From Eledone cirrhosa (lineage: Eukaryota), in NCBI GenBank assembly GCA_964016885.1, contig OZ024745.1, positions 99,634,001 to 99,698,000 on the forward strand: a stretch of DNA of 64,000 nucleotides, written 5' to 3'. The notes beneath the pieces were generated by a model. It had not been told where the DNA came from. It did not search any database and saw nothing but the letters and a program-made list of their open reading frames with translations. The position numbers and the translations under genes were made by a program. Shown here one piece after another: positions 47,140 through 61,743 of the stretch (positions are counted from its first letter, which is position 1; every line of letters starts with the position of its first letter).

Positions 47140-47527
47140 AAGGGCGGTGGATTGGCAATATTAATAGAGCATCGGACAACACGCTTCACAACATAGAGTT
47201 ATGGCCCTTTACGCTCTGAGTTTAAATCCTGCCGAGGTTAGCTTTCATCCTTACGGAGTTCGATTTTCCCTTCCCCCAAAATTGCTGGCCTTGTGCCTAA
47301 AATAGAAACAATTAATATTAAAGAGTGAAAGATAGGCGGTATTATTAGAATATCATACAAAGTGCTTTGCTGTATTTAGTTATGACTTTCTGTTCTGAGT
47401 TCAACTTTGTCTTTCATCCTTCTGGGGGTCAATAAATTAAAGCACCAGTCAAGTACTGGGGTTGATTTAATTGACTTACTCTCTCCTCCAAATTGCAGGC
47501 CTTGTGCCTAAATTAGAAAACATTATT
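47140..47527 (+). mobile_element. Two tandem SINE family B copies (47140-47314 and older 47333-47527)
   Basis: Family B head, centre and tail; TATTAAAGAGT duplicated around the first copy. Confidence 0.8.
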
Positions 47528-49049
47528 AAGGAGAGAGATTAACTTACTTTCAAAGTTACATATTTGCCCCCTTATAATTAATTTGACAAAAAGAATTTAA
47601 ACATTAAATTATTTTATTTTTGAAACCCATGCCAGAATGGAAAACAGACATGAAATTCTTTCAATAACGTTTTATTTGATAAAAATTTGGAGGAATTATC
47701 AAAAATGAACCACATCAAAAGGTAAGAAGTTAAATGATTTGGTAACAATAACCAAATCTGTTTAATTAACTTGATAGAACCTGTGATTGGCTTGCTCACT
47801 GACATAATTCAATTCCTGGCAACCCAGTGGATTTTGTATTTCCTAAAACCTAAGAATACTACAAAGATTTGTTTTTCATTCAAACTTATTGAATTCTTAC
47901 CAGCCCTTGGCCTTATGAAACAACTACATTCTATAAACTAAGTCTTAAAAAAAAAATTAAAAAAAAAAAAAAAACTCTTCTTTTTGGAACTCACCTCTTA
48001 TATTTATTTGCTATTAAGCTTCAACATTTTAACAAGAAATACAAATATCCTTTAGTTCATCAATCAGACACATGAAAAGACAAAGGTGAGACCAAAAACT
48101 CATTCAATCTAATAGGCTATATATAATTCCTTAATGGGAATGTTTACTTCAAATAATTGTTTACATTGAAAATTTTTATCTATAAAATTATTGAACAGCA
48201 AAAATAAAATACTCCAATTTTAACAGGTTTCTGAGTTCTCACATGGGCACCAGACATGTTTAAGATATTAAATAAGAAAAACATTTATTTCAAAAGAAAT
48301 AGGTGGATCAAAATTTCTCTTGTACATAGTATATTAGCAGAGGAAGTATTTTAACAAAGATTCATATTTTGTATTTATTGGAGCCGTGGGAAAGGTCATA
48401 ATATTCTCTTCAAAATATTTGTATCCATTTTATTTTTAAACAACATTGTATTATTTTTTTTATTTATGTTTATTTTGTTTTAGTAAAAATTTCAATATTT
48501 ATATTGCAATGCTCTGATGTAATTGAGAAAAGATAAGAATTGAGATTTCTCTTTAGGATATCTGTCTGTTAAAATATTACATTTAACAAATTATATTCTT
48601 AATCTTTATACCACAATGTAAATATTAACTTTTACACTGTTAAAACTGAAAAAAATTCTTTTTTAAAGAAGGATTTTTAATAAAGTGTTTGTAGGAACTA
48701 CTAAACAAATTTACCAGTATAATCAACATAAATTACTAGCACCATCATACTACATGTAAGGATTAAAATTATATTTTCTAACGTGAAAGCAGGGTTTAAT
48801 ATTGAGAGGCATAATGGACAGTTTAGCAAATTAAGTTTTAGTTAGAAAAAAAGATAACTGAAAATTACTATCAACAGGAGTGTGATTATGCTTGATATGC
48901 AAAGAAGATGGGTAGAAACTCTATATTGTAAACCCAATACAATCAATTGGTACACAAAAGGTGTTGTGGGATCTCAGACAGGTTGATAGAAGGATCTTAT
49001 ATGTAATAGATGCATAGAAATTGTTAGCTGTAAGAGCACTCAAGAAATG

Positions 49050-49620
49050 AATTATTTTAAATGCCTTAAAAGGCTTGCTAAAGGTAATTGATAGTTTCTG
49101 TTACTTAGGTGACCTAATCAGCAGTGAAGTGGGTGTTGAAAAAGCAGTTCTCAGAGCTTCTCTCTATGAATAATGGACAGGCTCTATGATATTTGTGAAC
49201 AAAGTGTAATATTGCAGGGTAGTTGAGACATGGGTGCTGAATATAGAGATATGCAAATGCTGGAAAGAAAGGTGGTAAGTATTATCTACTGGATGTGCAA
49301 TGTTTAGCATGCATAAAGTACAGAGCAGAAGTGTGCTGCGATTAAATCTCAGCATCAGAAGTAACAGCAGTAGTGTGCAACAAAGAAGATTGCTATAGTA
49401 TGGACAGGCAATATGTATGAAGAATGATAGTTAGGTGAAGAAAATGTGAAACAATGCAAGCTGAAGCCATGAAAAGGGAAGAGCAAAGATGAAATGGAAA
49501 GAAATGGTATGAGGTAATCTAAAGATACTGAACCTCAGAAAGGAAATGGTGAAGGGTCACAGTGGGTGGAGAGATGCTGTATTGACATGGGCCCATCAAA
49601 ACATGAAAATGTAGGTATAC
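49050..49620 (+). pseudogene. Highly degraded RTE LINE 3' fragment
   Basis: Remnants ..IDSFCYLGDLISS.., SETW-like gagacatgg, ctggatgtgcaatgt and tatggacagg, colinear with the 44030 fragment. Confidence 0.65.
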
Positions 49621-52329
49621 AAATGATGACAATGAAGAATAACAGAATTTGTCGGCTTTTAACAGCAAAGCGACAGTTAGAAGGTTAAAGACTAGTCTAT
49701 GAAAATATGTTAGAAAAATAGCAAATGAAAACTTTATCTGCAAAAATGTTTTTCTTATTTCTTGAAGAGATAAGATATGACCTTAAAGTAGTAGAATGCT
49801 TGAATAAAGTGCGTAATTATAATTTTTTTAGTAAGATACTGTGTCCAACACAGATATTATCAACTTAAAAAAAATAGCCATATATCTGTTTTATATTTTA
49901 TATCAAATTTTATATTTCTTTGAGATATATTGTCTTATGAAACAGTGGTTTAAGAGTGAAGATAATATTGTATTGTTGTTTAGCCCAGTTCAGCCCTCAT
50001 TAAGCAAACTTATGATGAAATGTGTTCCAGTTATAACAATGTCTTTTATTCAGATAGTGCATCTATTATTCAACATATTCCATTTCGAACATGATAAAGT
50101 GTACAATGAGGGAAACTTGGCTGCTATTTTTAGCAGATCACATAACAGCATAAAGTCTCTTTGATTAGTTCAAAGGTTTTATGCCCCATGGTTTTAAGCA
50201 ATGTGGCAATACTTGGTTTTCTCAAGTGAGATACTAATCTACATATATATATAATTACATGCAGGATTTTAATTTAAAAAAATATACAGCTGTAAACACC
50301 TGTTTCAATAAAAACTCAATCTGCAACAACAATCACTCGATTTGCTAGAAATAGCAGCCAAATGTCACTCAAATAAAACTATTAATGAAGTTCTGAGTAC
50401 ACTATGCCAGGGGGAAAATGACAAGATGGCCGTTACTGAAATGTTTTGATCATAGGATTACCCAATCAGAGTTGACTTGAGGTTAAGCAATAATAACAAC
50501 AACAAATTCACTCCCCCACCCTAAACCTATATTACTTCAGGCACGTACTGTGATCTATAAAATGCATGTTTGAAAACTTATTTTACTTCTATAGTAAAAT
50601 ATCTATAACATTTGTGGAGTTGAAATCCATTCAAAAATTGTTTGTAGCAGTAACTCTTTTCTGGATTCCAAGAATTGTATGTTCTAATTAGAAGCTAATT
50701 AGTAACTGTAATTTGATAGTTTGAATAATTCAAGCTCTTGGTCTATATGGCCTTTAGTTCTTACATTTAAGGCTTTATCCTTGAAGAAATCCATGGCAAT
50801 CATTGTTAGAAATTAGAATAGAGAAATGAATGAAACTTCTTAAGGTCTGATGTTGCATAATACTTTCATTGGTACTGTGTTTTTATCTTTTTAGAGAACA
50901 TATGAAAATACATATGCTGTTTAATTAATATTCTAAATATATAAAAAGAAATTAATTAAATTTTTTCAATTAAAATTTATATAATATTGAAAATAAAATA
51001 GTTCTATATTTTATGTTTAGTATATCTATGATATGACATCATTCACTCACTGGCAATAAAAACATGTATTACTTTTACAGATAAGAGAAATTAGAAACTA
51101 TTTAATACAAATGTCAACTTTCTAAGAAATAGTTTCTTTTAAAAACACACCTCTTTTTCAATATCATAGATTTAATTGATGTAAACAAAATAAAAGCTGT
51201 GCAAGAAAGAGTGTTGTGTAAAAAATAGATTGCATGTTTATGTAATTACCAAATTCTTCTTACATGATAAAAATAGAACAATTTAACCATTTTATCCACA
51301 TTAGATATTATGCTTTCTCAATCTTTGATTTTTTTTTTTTCAAAGAATGAATGATACATTTAGTACTTTACCATATTTGTAATTAACAGTAGAACTTCCA
51401 TAAAATGACATAGCCTAATGGAATTAATGCCTTGAATAATGAAACTTAATTATTCTGTTTCATTTGATTATCTTTGCATACTGATAATTAAGCAATACAA
51501 ACAATATCTAATTAGCAAAAGAAAATAAACTTGAACAAATGAGAAAATATTTACATTTCAAGTTAGACAACAATTATTACAAGAATATTTTAAACCATTT
51601 TCCTCTTTATTTTTAACTTTTTGGATAAGAGCTTCCCCTTCAAATGTTCTTTTATCTGTTGAATCTTGTTGCAAAATTTGTGGATTATTTACTCAGAAAT
51701 TAGCACTGGATTAGATGAATCAACACTGTTGGTTTAAAACCTCTCCTTTATGCTGACATAACCAGACAGAACTGTACAACATATTTTGATGCTTCAAAAC
51801 AAAACTATGAATATTCTAAATTCTATAATATAAAATTAGTTGATCCCATAAACCAATCAAAATATTGATTACTATATATGAATGAACACTTTGACTATCA
51901 GCATTTCATGTAAAACAATTAGTGTAGATATTTGCAAGGAAACACTTGTTCAGCATGACTTGATAACTTTCAAACAGTAAAGGAAGGATATGTTTGTTCA
52001 AAGTTTACCTACTTTTACTAATTTCTTGTATTTTTTAGTCAAATGAATACTGTAAAGTAAAAAGTTCCATTGAATCCTACATTCAAAGTTTCATAATAAA
52101 ATAGTTCTATATTTTATGTTTAGTATTAAATTAATCTGCGTAACACTTTTTTTTATTAACCCTTAATGCCATGAAATGCATGAAACAATATTAGCAACAC
52201 ATTCTTGAAAAATGTTAAACAGCACTATGACTATATTACTTTAAAAACTGAAGTCTTTACAACTACAAAATATTGCAAATTTTTATAATGATTTGGCCAC
52301 TAGTAAATTAATTATAAACATTTGAATTA

Positions 52330-52771
52330 GAGAGAAAAAGACTCCGTTCAGTCATGAATAACCATGTATTTTTCACCTAGAAAATTCCCTTTTGAGGCAC
52401 AAGCCTGGGAAAGATGTTTTTGTGGAAGCCTAACAGTTACACATGCATACCAGTCTCCCTTCTCTATGTCACCAATGTTGTCCAAGAGAAAGACAAACGT
52501 TGATACAGCTTGGTGCCAGTGACGTTGCAACATGAAATAAAGTGTCTTGCTTAGGGACACACTACACCACCCGATCCAAGAATTAGGGGCACAAAACACC
52601 ACCTGATCCAAGAATTAGGGGCACAATACACCACCCGATCCAAGAATTAGGGGCACAATACACCACCCAATCCAAGAATTAGGGGCACAATACATCACCC
52701 AATCCAAGAATCAAACACACAACCCCACAATTGTGAATCCAACACTTTAACCACTAAGCCATGTGTCTTCA
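52330..52771 (-). mobile_element. CORE-type SINE (family A-like head) with an internal 32-bp repeat in 5 copies (52553-52711)
   Basis: gaaataaagtgtcttgcttagggacac (CORE reverse complement) and head ccactaagccatgtgtcttca. (g/a)atccaag recurs at 52573, 52605, 52637, 52669 and 52701. Confidence 0.75.
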
Positions 52772-54681
52772 CACATTTGAACTAACAAATCTACTAAGCC
52801 ATGTATCTTCACACATTTGAATTAACAAACCTACTAAGCCATGTGTCTTCACACATTTGAATTAACAAACCTACTAAGCCATGTGTCTTCACACATTTGA
52901 ATTAACAAACCTACTAAGCCATGTATCTTCACACATTTGAATTAACAAACCTACTAAGCCATGTATCTTCACACATTTGAATTAACAAACCTACTAAGCC
53001 ATGTATCTTCACACATTTGAATTAACAAACCTACTAAGCCATGTACCTTCACACATTTGAACTAACAAATCTACTAAGCCATGTATCTTCACACATTTGA
53101 ATTAACAAACCTACTAAGCCATGTATCTTCACACATTTGAATTAACAAACCTACTAAGCCATGTATCTTCACACATTTGAACTAACAAACCTACTAAGCC
53201 ATGTATCTTCACACATTTGAATTACCAAACCTACTAAGCCATGTGTCTTCACACATTTGAATTAACAAACCTACTAAGCCATGTGTCTTCACACATTTGA
53301 ACTAACAAACCTACTAAGCCATGTGTCTTCACACATTTGAACTAACAAACCTACTAAGCCATGTGTCTTCACACATTTGAATTAACAAACCTACTAAGCC
53401 ATGTATCTTCACACATTTGAACTAACAAATCTACTAAGCCATGTATCTTCACACATTTGAACTAACAAATCTACTAAGCCATGTATCTTCACACATTTGA
53501 ACTAACAAACCTACTAAGCCATGTGTCTTCACACATTTGAATTAACAAACCTACTAAGCCATGTATCTTCACACATTTGAACTAACAAATCTACTAAGCC
53601 ATGTATCTTCACACATTTGAACTAACAAATCTACTAAGCCATGTGTCTTCACACATTTGAACTAACAAATCTACTAAGCCATGTGTCTTCACACATTTGA
53701 ATTAACAAACCTACTAAGCCATGTATCTTCACACATTTGAATTAACAAACCTACTAAGCCATGTATCTTCACACATTTAAATTAACAAACCTACTAAGCC
53801 ATGTGTCTTCACACATTTGAATTAACAAACCTACTAAGCCATGTATCTTCACACATTTGAATTAACAAACCTACTAAGCCATGTATCTTCATACATTTGA
53901 ATTAACAAACCTACTAAGCCATGTATCTTCACACATTTGAACTAACAAACCTACTAAGCCATGTATCTTCACACATTTGAATTAACAAACCTACTAAGCC
54001 ATGTATCTTCACACATTTGAATTAACAAACCTACTAAGCCATGTGTCTTCACACATTTGAATTAACAAACCTACTAAGCCATGTGTCTTCACACATTTGA
54101 ATTAACAAACCTACTAAGCCATGTATCTTCACACATTTGAATTAACAAACCTACTAAGCCATGTATCTTCACACATTTGAATTAACAAACCTACTAAGCC
54201 AAGTGTCTTCACACATTTGAATTAACAAACCTACTAAGCCATGTGTCTTCACACATTTGAATTAACAAACCTACTAAGCCAAATGTCTTCACACATTTGA
54301 ACTAACAAATCTACTAAGCCATGTGTCTTCACACATTTGAATTAACAAACCTACTAAGCCATGTGTCTTCACACATTTGAATTAACAAACCTACTAAGCC
54401 ATGTGTCTTCACACATTTGAATTAACAAACCTACTAAGCCATGTATCTTCACACATTTGAACTAACAAACCTACTAAGCCATGTCTTCACACATTTGAAT
54501 TAACAAACCTACTAAGCCAAGTGTCTTCACACATTTGAACTAACAAATCTACTAAGCCATGTGTCTTCACACATTTGAATTAACAAACCTACTAAGCCAT
54601 GTGTCTTCACACATTTGAACTAACAAATCTACTAAGCCATGTGTCTTCACACATTTGAATTAACAAACCTACTAAGCCATG
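52751..54681. repeat. 40-bp tandem satellite, ~48 copies
   Basis: Unit CTACTAAGCCATGT(A/G)TCTTCACACATTTGAA(T/C)TAACAAA(C/T), head-to-tail with no spacers; one 2-bp deletion near 54483. Confidence 0.98.
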
Positions 54682-57600
54682 AATTACCAAACCTGTTTTT
54701 AGATATTTTCAGCTAAACTATTACAGGATGTTACAAGTTAATACTGAAATTAAGTGAAATGTTTCTTTATGTTCTGAATCTAAAATACTTTTGTTTTATT
54801 AAAACAAAGACTCAGTGAGATTTACTAAATAATTTCAATCATTTACCCACAGCTTTTAAGTTTGCTCCTTGTCCTCAGAAAATTCTTCAATCTCAATCTT
54901 TCTCTCTGCTGCTCTTACCCTCTAAATTCCAGGATATAGATATGGGCAACTGTGTATACATATGAAATAATAAAAAATAAGTGAACTTTCAATCCATACC
55001 AACTATTGGCATATTATTACTTTCAGATCCAATATTTCTAAGGTGATATAGTGGATAAAATGCTGTTACTGCCATTCCAAATCATTTTTACTCATCACTC
55101 ATAGACTTCTCTTTTGTACATCACATACCAACAAAATGTTCAGTTATGTCTATTATGTAAAAGTTTCAGGTAATTTTGATTATAGGTTTCATTCATTATC
55201 TAGATGATAAGCCTGTTTACATATTACTCCATTAGTACATGTATCAAATAAACATTCTTTGACAGAAATATAAATTCCACATTGCATGAAAACTCAATGA
55301 CTTCCCTAGCATATTTTCTTACATTAACAATGTACTCTTTACATCAAACCATAGTGATTCTTATGCTACTGGAAACTTTGCTCTCATATCTCACTTTCCA
55401 GGCACAAACATTACATATAAGCAAGCAATTTCTATTTTTTTAGGCCTCAATGAAGAAGCTGCAGAAAGAAACATTCCAATTTAAACTCCATTGATGGCAC
55501 AAAATCAAACGTACTGCTACATAACAAAATACAAAGTTATCAACTCTAAGATGAGATATTAAAACAAAGCTACTGTATCCATGTCTAAATGGAGAAGAAG
55601 CAGCAAAACATCTATTGGACTTGCAAAATGAATTAGCATTCAAACCATTATTAAAACTAATTATAAAATGCCAGTATTTTTTATTAAACCAATTTAATTT
55701 GATACAATAATCAATAAGGTGTCGTTAGTTTTCAATTAATTCTTCATTAACCTTATGATTTCTATAAAAAAGAAATGAACAATTTCTCAACAATGAGTAT
55801 AATGAAAAAGAAATCACAAGGTTGAAGTTCAAATCAGAAGAATGAACAATCCCCTCATTCTAATAGAATTGAAGTTACTATTTTACAGCATAAAGTTAAA
55901 CTTTTTTTAAAATCAAAGCTGCATCAATCAAACCAATTTACTTTATGTGACTCTGCTTCTGTTCCCACCAAAATAAGTGTAGTTATATGAGAATATTTCT
56001 GATATGATGTCTGTTCTTGGAATTGTTTTTTTAAACATAACGCCAACAAAGTCAAGGAATAGAAACAAGAAAAAACTTGTTTAAGAGTTTAAATTATGTA
56101 TAAAGTATACAGCTAAAAATTCAACTTCACAAAGAATGTCAAAATGGAAGAAGCAGAGTATTTTCAGATTCCTTAACCAATTAAATATAGAATATAATTT
56201 CAAGTGCTTGTGGTGAAAATAAGTATTACATAGATTGAGGAATGGAATGACTGTATGGAAGAAATGTTTTTATACATACATTTGTCTTCCAATGTAAGAT
56301 AAATAAGAGTTTATCTTAAGTACTTATTATATCTACTTCTTAAATTTACAGTTTTGTTATTGAAGGCAGCATTTATGGGTCAACAACAAACAGATAGACA
56401 TAGAAATTCACCAGTAAAATGTCATTCACCAAGGGAAAAAAAAGGAAAACAAACGTAGAGAAAAATATTTTAAGAACAAATATTACTCTTACATTCTCAG
56501 TAAATTCAATATATGAGAAACCTCTAGAAAGCCATCTTTCCAGGTTATTAAAACTAAAATGACAACCTCAAAACAATCACAAAAAAAGCAAAATATATAG
56601 TTTATATAAAAATAGATTATTTTAGTATGATGCTGAATTCGACATGGATGAGATACAGTTTGGATTATTTTAATTTACACAAATACCCTACACTCTGCAG
56701 TTGTGCTGGAGGCACTATAAAATGCACCCAGTACGCTCTAAAGTAATAGTACTGTTGCTACTCTAAAAATGTACAGTTTGTGTCAGTTTTTATTCAGTGA
56801 AACTGTTAAGTGGTAGTGACGGTGACACTCTAAAATGCACCCAGTACACTAAACGTGTTGGCACTAGGAAGGGCATCTAGACATATAAACCAACTAAAAT
56901 ATGGAAGGTTTGAGCAAGACATTCTTTGATCAGTCTAGTCACAGACTCTGATGACTCATCCAGCCCATGCCAACTTAGAAAGGGGACTAGGATGATGACA
57001 GTGATTAGAGAAGTCATGGCAAAGAACACATGTAGTAGATTAAAATAATCACTGAGCTTCCTTAACCTTTATATCTAAGGCTCCCATTAACAAAATAAAG
57101 TAAAGTGGCTGGTGTTAGCAAAGGTAACCAGCCACAGAAACCATGCTAAAAATGGAATGTATGAGCAACACATGATCTTCCAATCCCTCTAAAAAGGCAG
57201 TTTCACTGTATAAAAACCGACACAAACTGTGACAACTTATCCAACCCATGCTAGCATGGAAAGCAAATGTAGAGTGGTGAGGGTATGTAAAGTTAGGACA
57301 AAGTTAAGAAAACCTGAATCAGATGCAGTTGAATGGCAATTGCTGGGGTTTACGCACACTTCACTGAAAGTCTTTCATCAGAATCACACAAGCAAAGTGT
57401 TCAGTGGTTTAATGGAATGTTGAGGCATAGCTCTAAGGTATGTAATATAGCATGCATTGATTTTAGTGATGCTGATTCTTTTACTGGTTTCAGTCATTAG
57501 ACAGCAGTTTTCTGAAAGTTTTAGTTGATCATATAGTACTTATTGTTTGCAAGTCTAGTACTTATTTTTCCAATTTCTTTTTTGTCGAAACAAGACAAAG

Positions 57601-59549
57601 ACACAGAGACACACATACACATATATGTGGTAGGCTTCTGCTCAGTTCCCACCAACTAAATTTCATGCAAAAGCACTAATCAACACAAGAGTATAACAGA
57701 AAATGGCCAAAGTTCGACACAGTGGGACTGCACCTGAAACCATAAGGTTGTAAAGTGAATCTCTTAACCATGCAGCCATTGCTACACCTAATATTCCTCC
57801 TCCATACACACACTCACATGTATATCATGACTCATACACTATTCACTTCCTTGACATTTGTATATTATACTATACATGCACTTTTGATGAGTTGTAGTGC
57901 ACCTGAGCACTGTACACAATTTCATTATCATTATTATTATTATTATTATATACATACTTTAAAAAAAATTTAGACAAGGAATGAGAGACTATGGCCATCA
58001 CCTCTGACAGCTGAGAGTATTGTTCAGCTTGTTCAGTCAATGTTTGTAGGAAATATTTGGATGAGGAGGAAATTCCAGAGGGTTGTAGTTCTGGTTGTGA
58101 AGGACTGGAATACCAGTAGCAGGGATAAGTGTCAAACACAATTATTGTTAATTGAAATAGAAATTCATGAAAAAGTTCTGATAACATATACAATAGTGAT
58201 CTATAAAGTAGCATCACAAAGAATCCCAGGTTTGTGTGTGAAACACTGATTAAGTAAGATTTTCTTTTCATGCAATTCCATTTGTTCTACTTCCCAGTCT
58301 AAAGTATATAATCTCTAAGATAATGTTGACACTAATTATCTTCAGTTATTTTATAATTTGACATATATTTAAATAGAATACAATGAATGTGAGATTAACC
58401 ATCTGGAAATTCAGGTGTTAAATTATATACTTTGCTTTTAATAAACATGATAGTAGCATGAATTAGTTAAATTAACCTTAATGAAGCTGAAAATGTAACA
58501 ATTTTCTTTTCAATTAAAATAAATAATTATAAACAAAGCTTTATTCCTTTTAATGTAAACAATGATTAATTAATGAGTTTATATTATAAACCTCTTTGGA
58601 ATGACCAAGCTAATGTAAAGAGAGGACTCTCTTCACATGTCAAATATCTGAGAACAGAGACAATATAGGGTGGAGAGGACTCTTTAGTTTTGCTGAAAAT
58701 ATGGCAGCCTCTCTAGTATTTGTGCTACAATAAAATACACCCGGTACACTCTGAAAAGGGGTAGTGCTGGTGCCATGTTAAAAGCATCTGGGACACACTG
58801 TAAAGTGGTTACTGTCGGCAAGGGAATCCCATTATAGAAACCATGTCAAAATATGGAACGTATAAACAAAATGTGGTTCCACGAACAGTATAGAAACAGA
58901 TTGTGACAACTCATCCAGCCCTTGCAATCATGGTAAGCAGAATTGAAATGATAATGACTTTTTGTAGAAAAGCTAATTGAAAAAAATAATAATAATAATA
59001 ATAATTCAGGTGACCCTTGTTACAGGAACATCTGGATGAAATGGACAAAAATGCAGAAAGTAATGTCAATAAAAAGACAACTTTATAACAGCAAATTTAA
59101 AAAAAATATTAAAGGAAATTAGAATTTAGAGTTTATCCTATCATTATTATTATTTGTGATCATATTTCCCAAACAAGATAGTTTCTTCACAATTCTGACA
59201 TTTCTAATCTTAGGTGTATTTAAAATGTTAGTTGTAGTCAATCTATTTAGTTAAATCTTAACACTGGAAATACTTTGTACCTTTAAAAATAACATAAGTT
59301 TAGTTAATGCAAATGGTTTTGCACCTGCATAACAGTAATATTGGTGGAGATAGTAATGCTGGGGGTCGGTGGTGGTAGATTCACACCTGGCTGAAGAGAA
59401 AAATATCTTCCTTATTTTACCAATTTAAAAAAATGTTATTCTATTTTTTCCCCCCATAAAATTCAATAAAAATATAAAAGCAGAAGTTAATGTCAAAAGG
59501 TAAAATAATAGAAACCGTTTACAGATATAACAATTAACATTTCCTAAAG

Positions 59550-59586
<37 letters not shown>

Positions 59587-59795
59587 ACTAATTTTTACCC
59601 AATAGCCTTTTTCTTTAACATTATTTCCTTGCCAGGTGATTTCTATTTTCTTTACTACTCCACCATCAATCACACTTATATAACAACTTTTCTACATTTG
59701 ATAACCATCAAATGTTTGTTTGATGTTTCATTTTGGACACAGCACATCTAAGATAGTTTTGAGCTGATACCAGGTAAATTATTTAATTAAAAAAA

Positions 59796-59940
59796 ATATA
59801 TATATATATACACACACACATACACACACATACACACATATACATATATACACACACATATATACACACACACACACATACATATACACACATACATATA
59901 CACATATACATATACACATATATACACACATATATACACA
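59796..59940. repeat. Compound (TA)/(CA) microsatellite
   Basis: Direct reading. Confidence 0.95.
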
Positions 59941-60573
59941 GGATTAACTGACTGAATAGGTAACATGAAATCTTTGGGGTCTAATTTATTTTAACAAATG
60001 ACAGCCAACAAGGAAACATCAATCAGTCCATACCAGACATTTTAGCTTTTAATTTAGACTTATGTAAGTGTACAATTCTTGACAGAAGTAGATTTATATT
60101 GAAAGGCATGATTTCTACAACAGAAATCCACTTTACTGCAGATGTACTATCTCCCATGATCTAGTAGAACATAGAAAAAAAAACTAACAAACTTAACAGG
60201 AAAAAAAAAAAATTATAAAAAAGAGAAATAAGGGTAATGTATATATTGAAAATGGTGTTCAGTTAAACCAAAATATCATATAATCACTTATAGCATTTGG
60301 TATTTCTAATTTTAGCCAAATCTCTCAAGTTGCCTACTAGTAACTTTAACAAAGCAAAAAATATTAGATGATATATTCTTATACATGATCCACCTGGAAG
60401 AATAATAATAAAAAAAAAATCTATTGGATGGTCAAGGCTGGAATGTCTTTGATCACGTTTACTTGATCAATACCGTCTTGAGGTAACACTAAACTATTTT
60501 TTGGTACCTAATGTTCAGCATGGGGTGGCGAATTGACAGAGTTGTTAAGACGTCGTATAGAATGCTTTTACAG

Positions 60574-60751
60574 CAGGCATGTCAAACATGCAGCCCGCAC
60601 AAATGTTTTTACAGCACGAGCATGCTTTATCTTTGTAATATAAAATAAAAAAATTAGTCACAATGTGCATAATTAGTTGTCATGTGTGGCCCTCAGACAA
60701 AACATATGGGACCCATGTGGCCCTCGAGGAACCCTCAATTTGACATGCCTG
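60574..60751. mobile_element. hAT (Charlie-like) MITE with 8-bp TSD, inserted in an older SINE B-like element (~60521-60853)
   Basis: TIRs CAGGCATGTCAAA / TTTGACATGCCTG; TSD TTTTACAG (60566-73) / CTTTACAG (60752-59); subterminal gcccgc and gtggccc motifs. Confidence 0.85.
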
Positions 60752-61149
60752 CTTTACAGTATTCGTCTACCACCTCCTTGCGCACTTTGAGTTCAAATCC
60801 CGCCGGGGTCAACTTTGCCTTTCATCCTTTCGAGGTCAATAAAACAAGTGCCAAGGTTGATTCTTCCTCTGCAGAAAAAAATCTGCTGTGTTCAGACCTG
60901 GAGAGGGTTGGGTTCTGACAGGTGCCCTAGACACACCGTATATGGTGCCTCTATGACTCCACAAGGAGTTATGAGATCTTTATCCTTTTAATGTTCAGCT
61001 AATTAAGATTTGTGTTGGACTAATTGTACTTTGCTTCAGAGTAAGAGAGTAGCATTAATAGTGTGATAATTTGGAATACTTAAACGGTTCAACATGTCTT
61101 TTTCTCTTTCTTATACTATCAGCCTTTACATCCGATATTATTAGAATTA

Positions 61150-61743
61150 AGGGTGGGGGATTGGCAGTATCAGTAGAGAGTCGGACACCATGCTTTGTAG
61201 CATAGAGTTATGGCCCTTTATAGTCTGAGTTCAAATCCCGCCGAGGTTCACTTTGTCTTTCATCCTTACGGGGGTCGATAAAATAAAGTACCAGTAATGT
61301 ACTGAGTATTTGCTGGCCTTGTGCCTAAAGTAGAAACAATTATTAGAATTAAGGGCAGTGGATTGGCAGAATCAGTAGTGCATCAGACAACATACTCGGC
61401 AGCGTAGAGTTATGGCCCTTTACATTCTAAGTTCAAATCTCGCTAGGGTAAGTTTTGCTTTTCATCTTTATGAGGTCCAGAAAATAAAGTACTGGTAATG
61501 CACTGGGGTTGATTTAATCAACTTTTCCCCTTCCTTCAAAATTGCTGGCCTTGTGCCTAAAGCAGAAACCATTATCGGTAGAGGGTTGGACGCCATGCTT
61601 TCTAGCATAGTTACGTCCCTTTACAGTGAGTTCAAATCCCGCCGAGGTTAACTTTGCCTTTCATCCTTACAAGGTCGATAAAATAAAGTACCAGTAATGT
61701 ACTGGGTAATTGCTGGCCTTGTGCCTAAAGTAGAAACAATTAT
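61150..61743 (+). mobile_element. Cluster of three tandem SINE family B copies
   Basis: Copies at 61150-61343, 61350-61573 and 61574-61743; ATTATTAGAA repeated at the junctions. Confidence 0.88.

Noticed and set aside
48055-48087. 30-nt micro-exon candidate with AAG|GTGAGA donor
   Set aside because: Weak polypyrimidine tract and no supporting evidence.
52751-54681. CRISPR-like regular array
   Set aside because: Units are contiguous with no unique spacers, there are no cas genes, and the context is eukaryotic. It is a tandem satellite.
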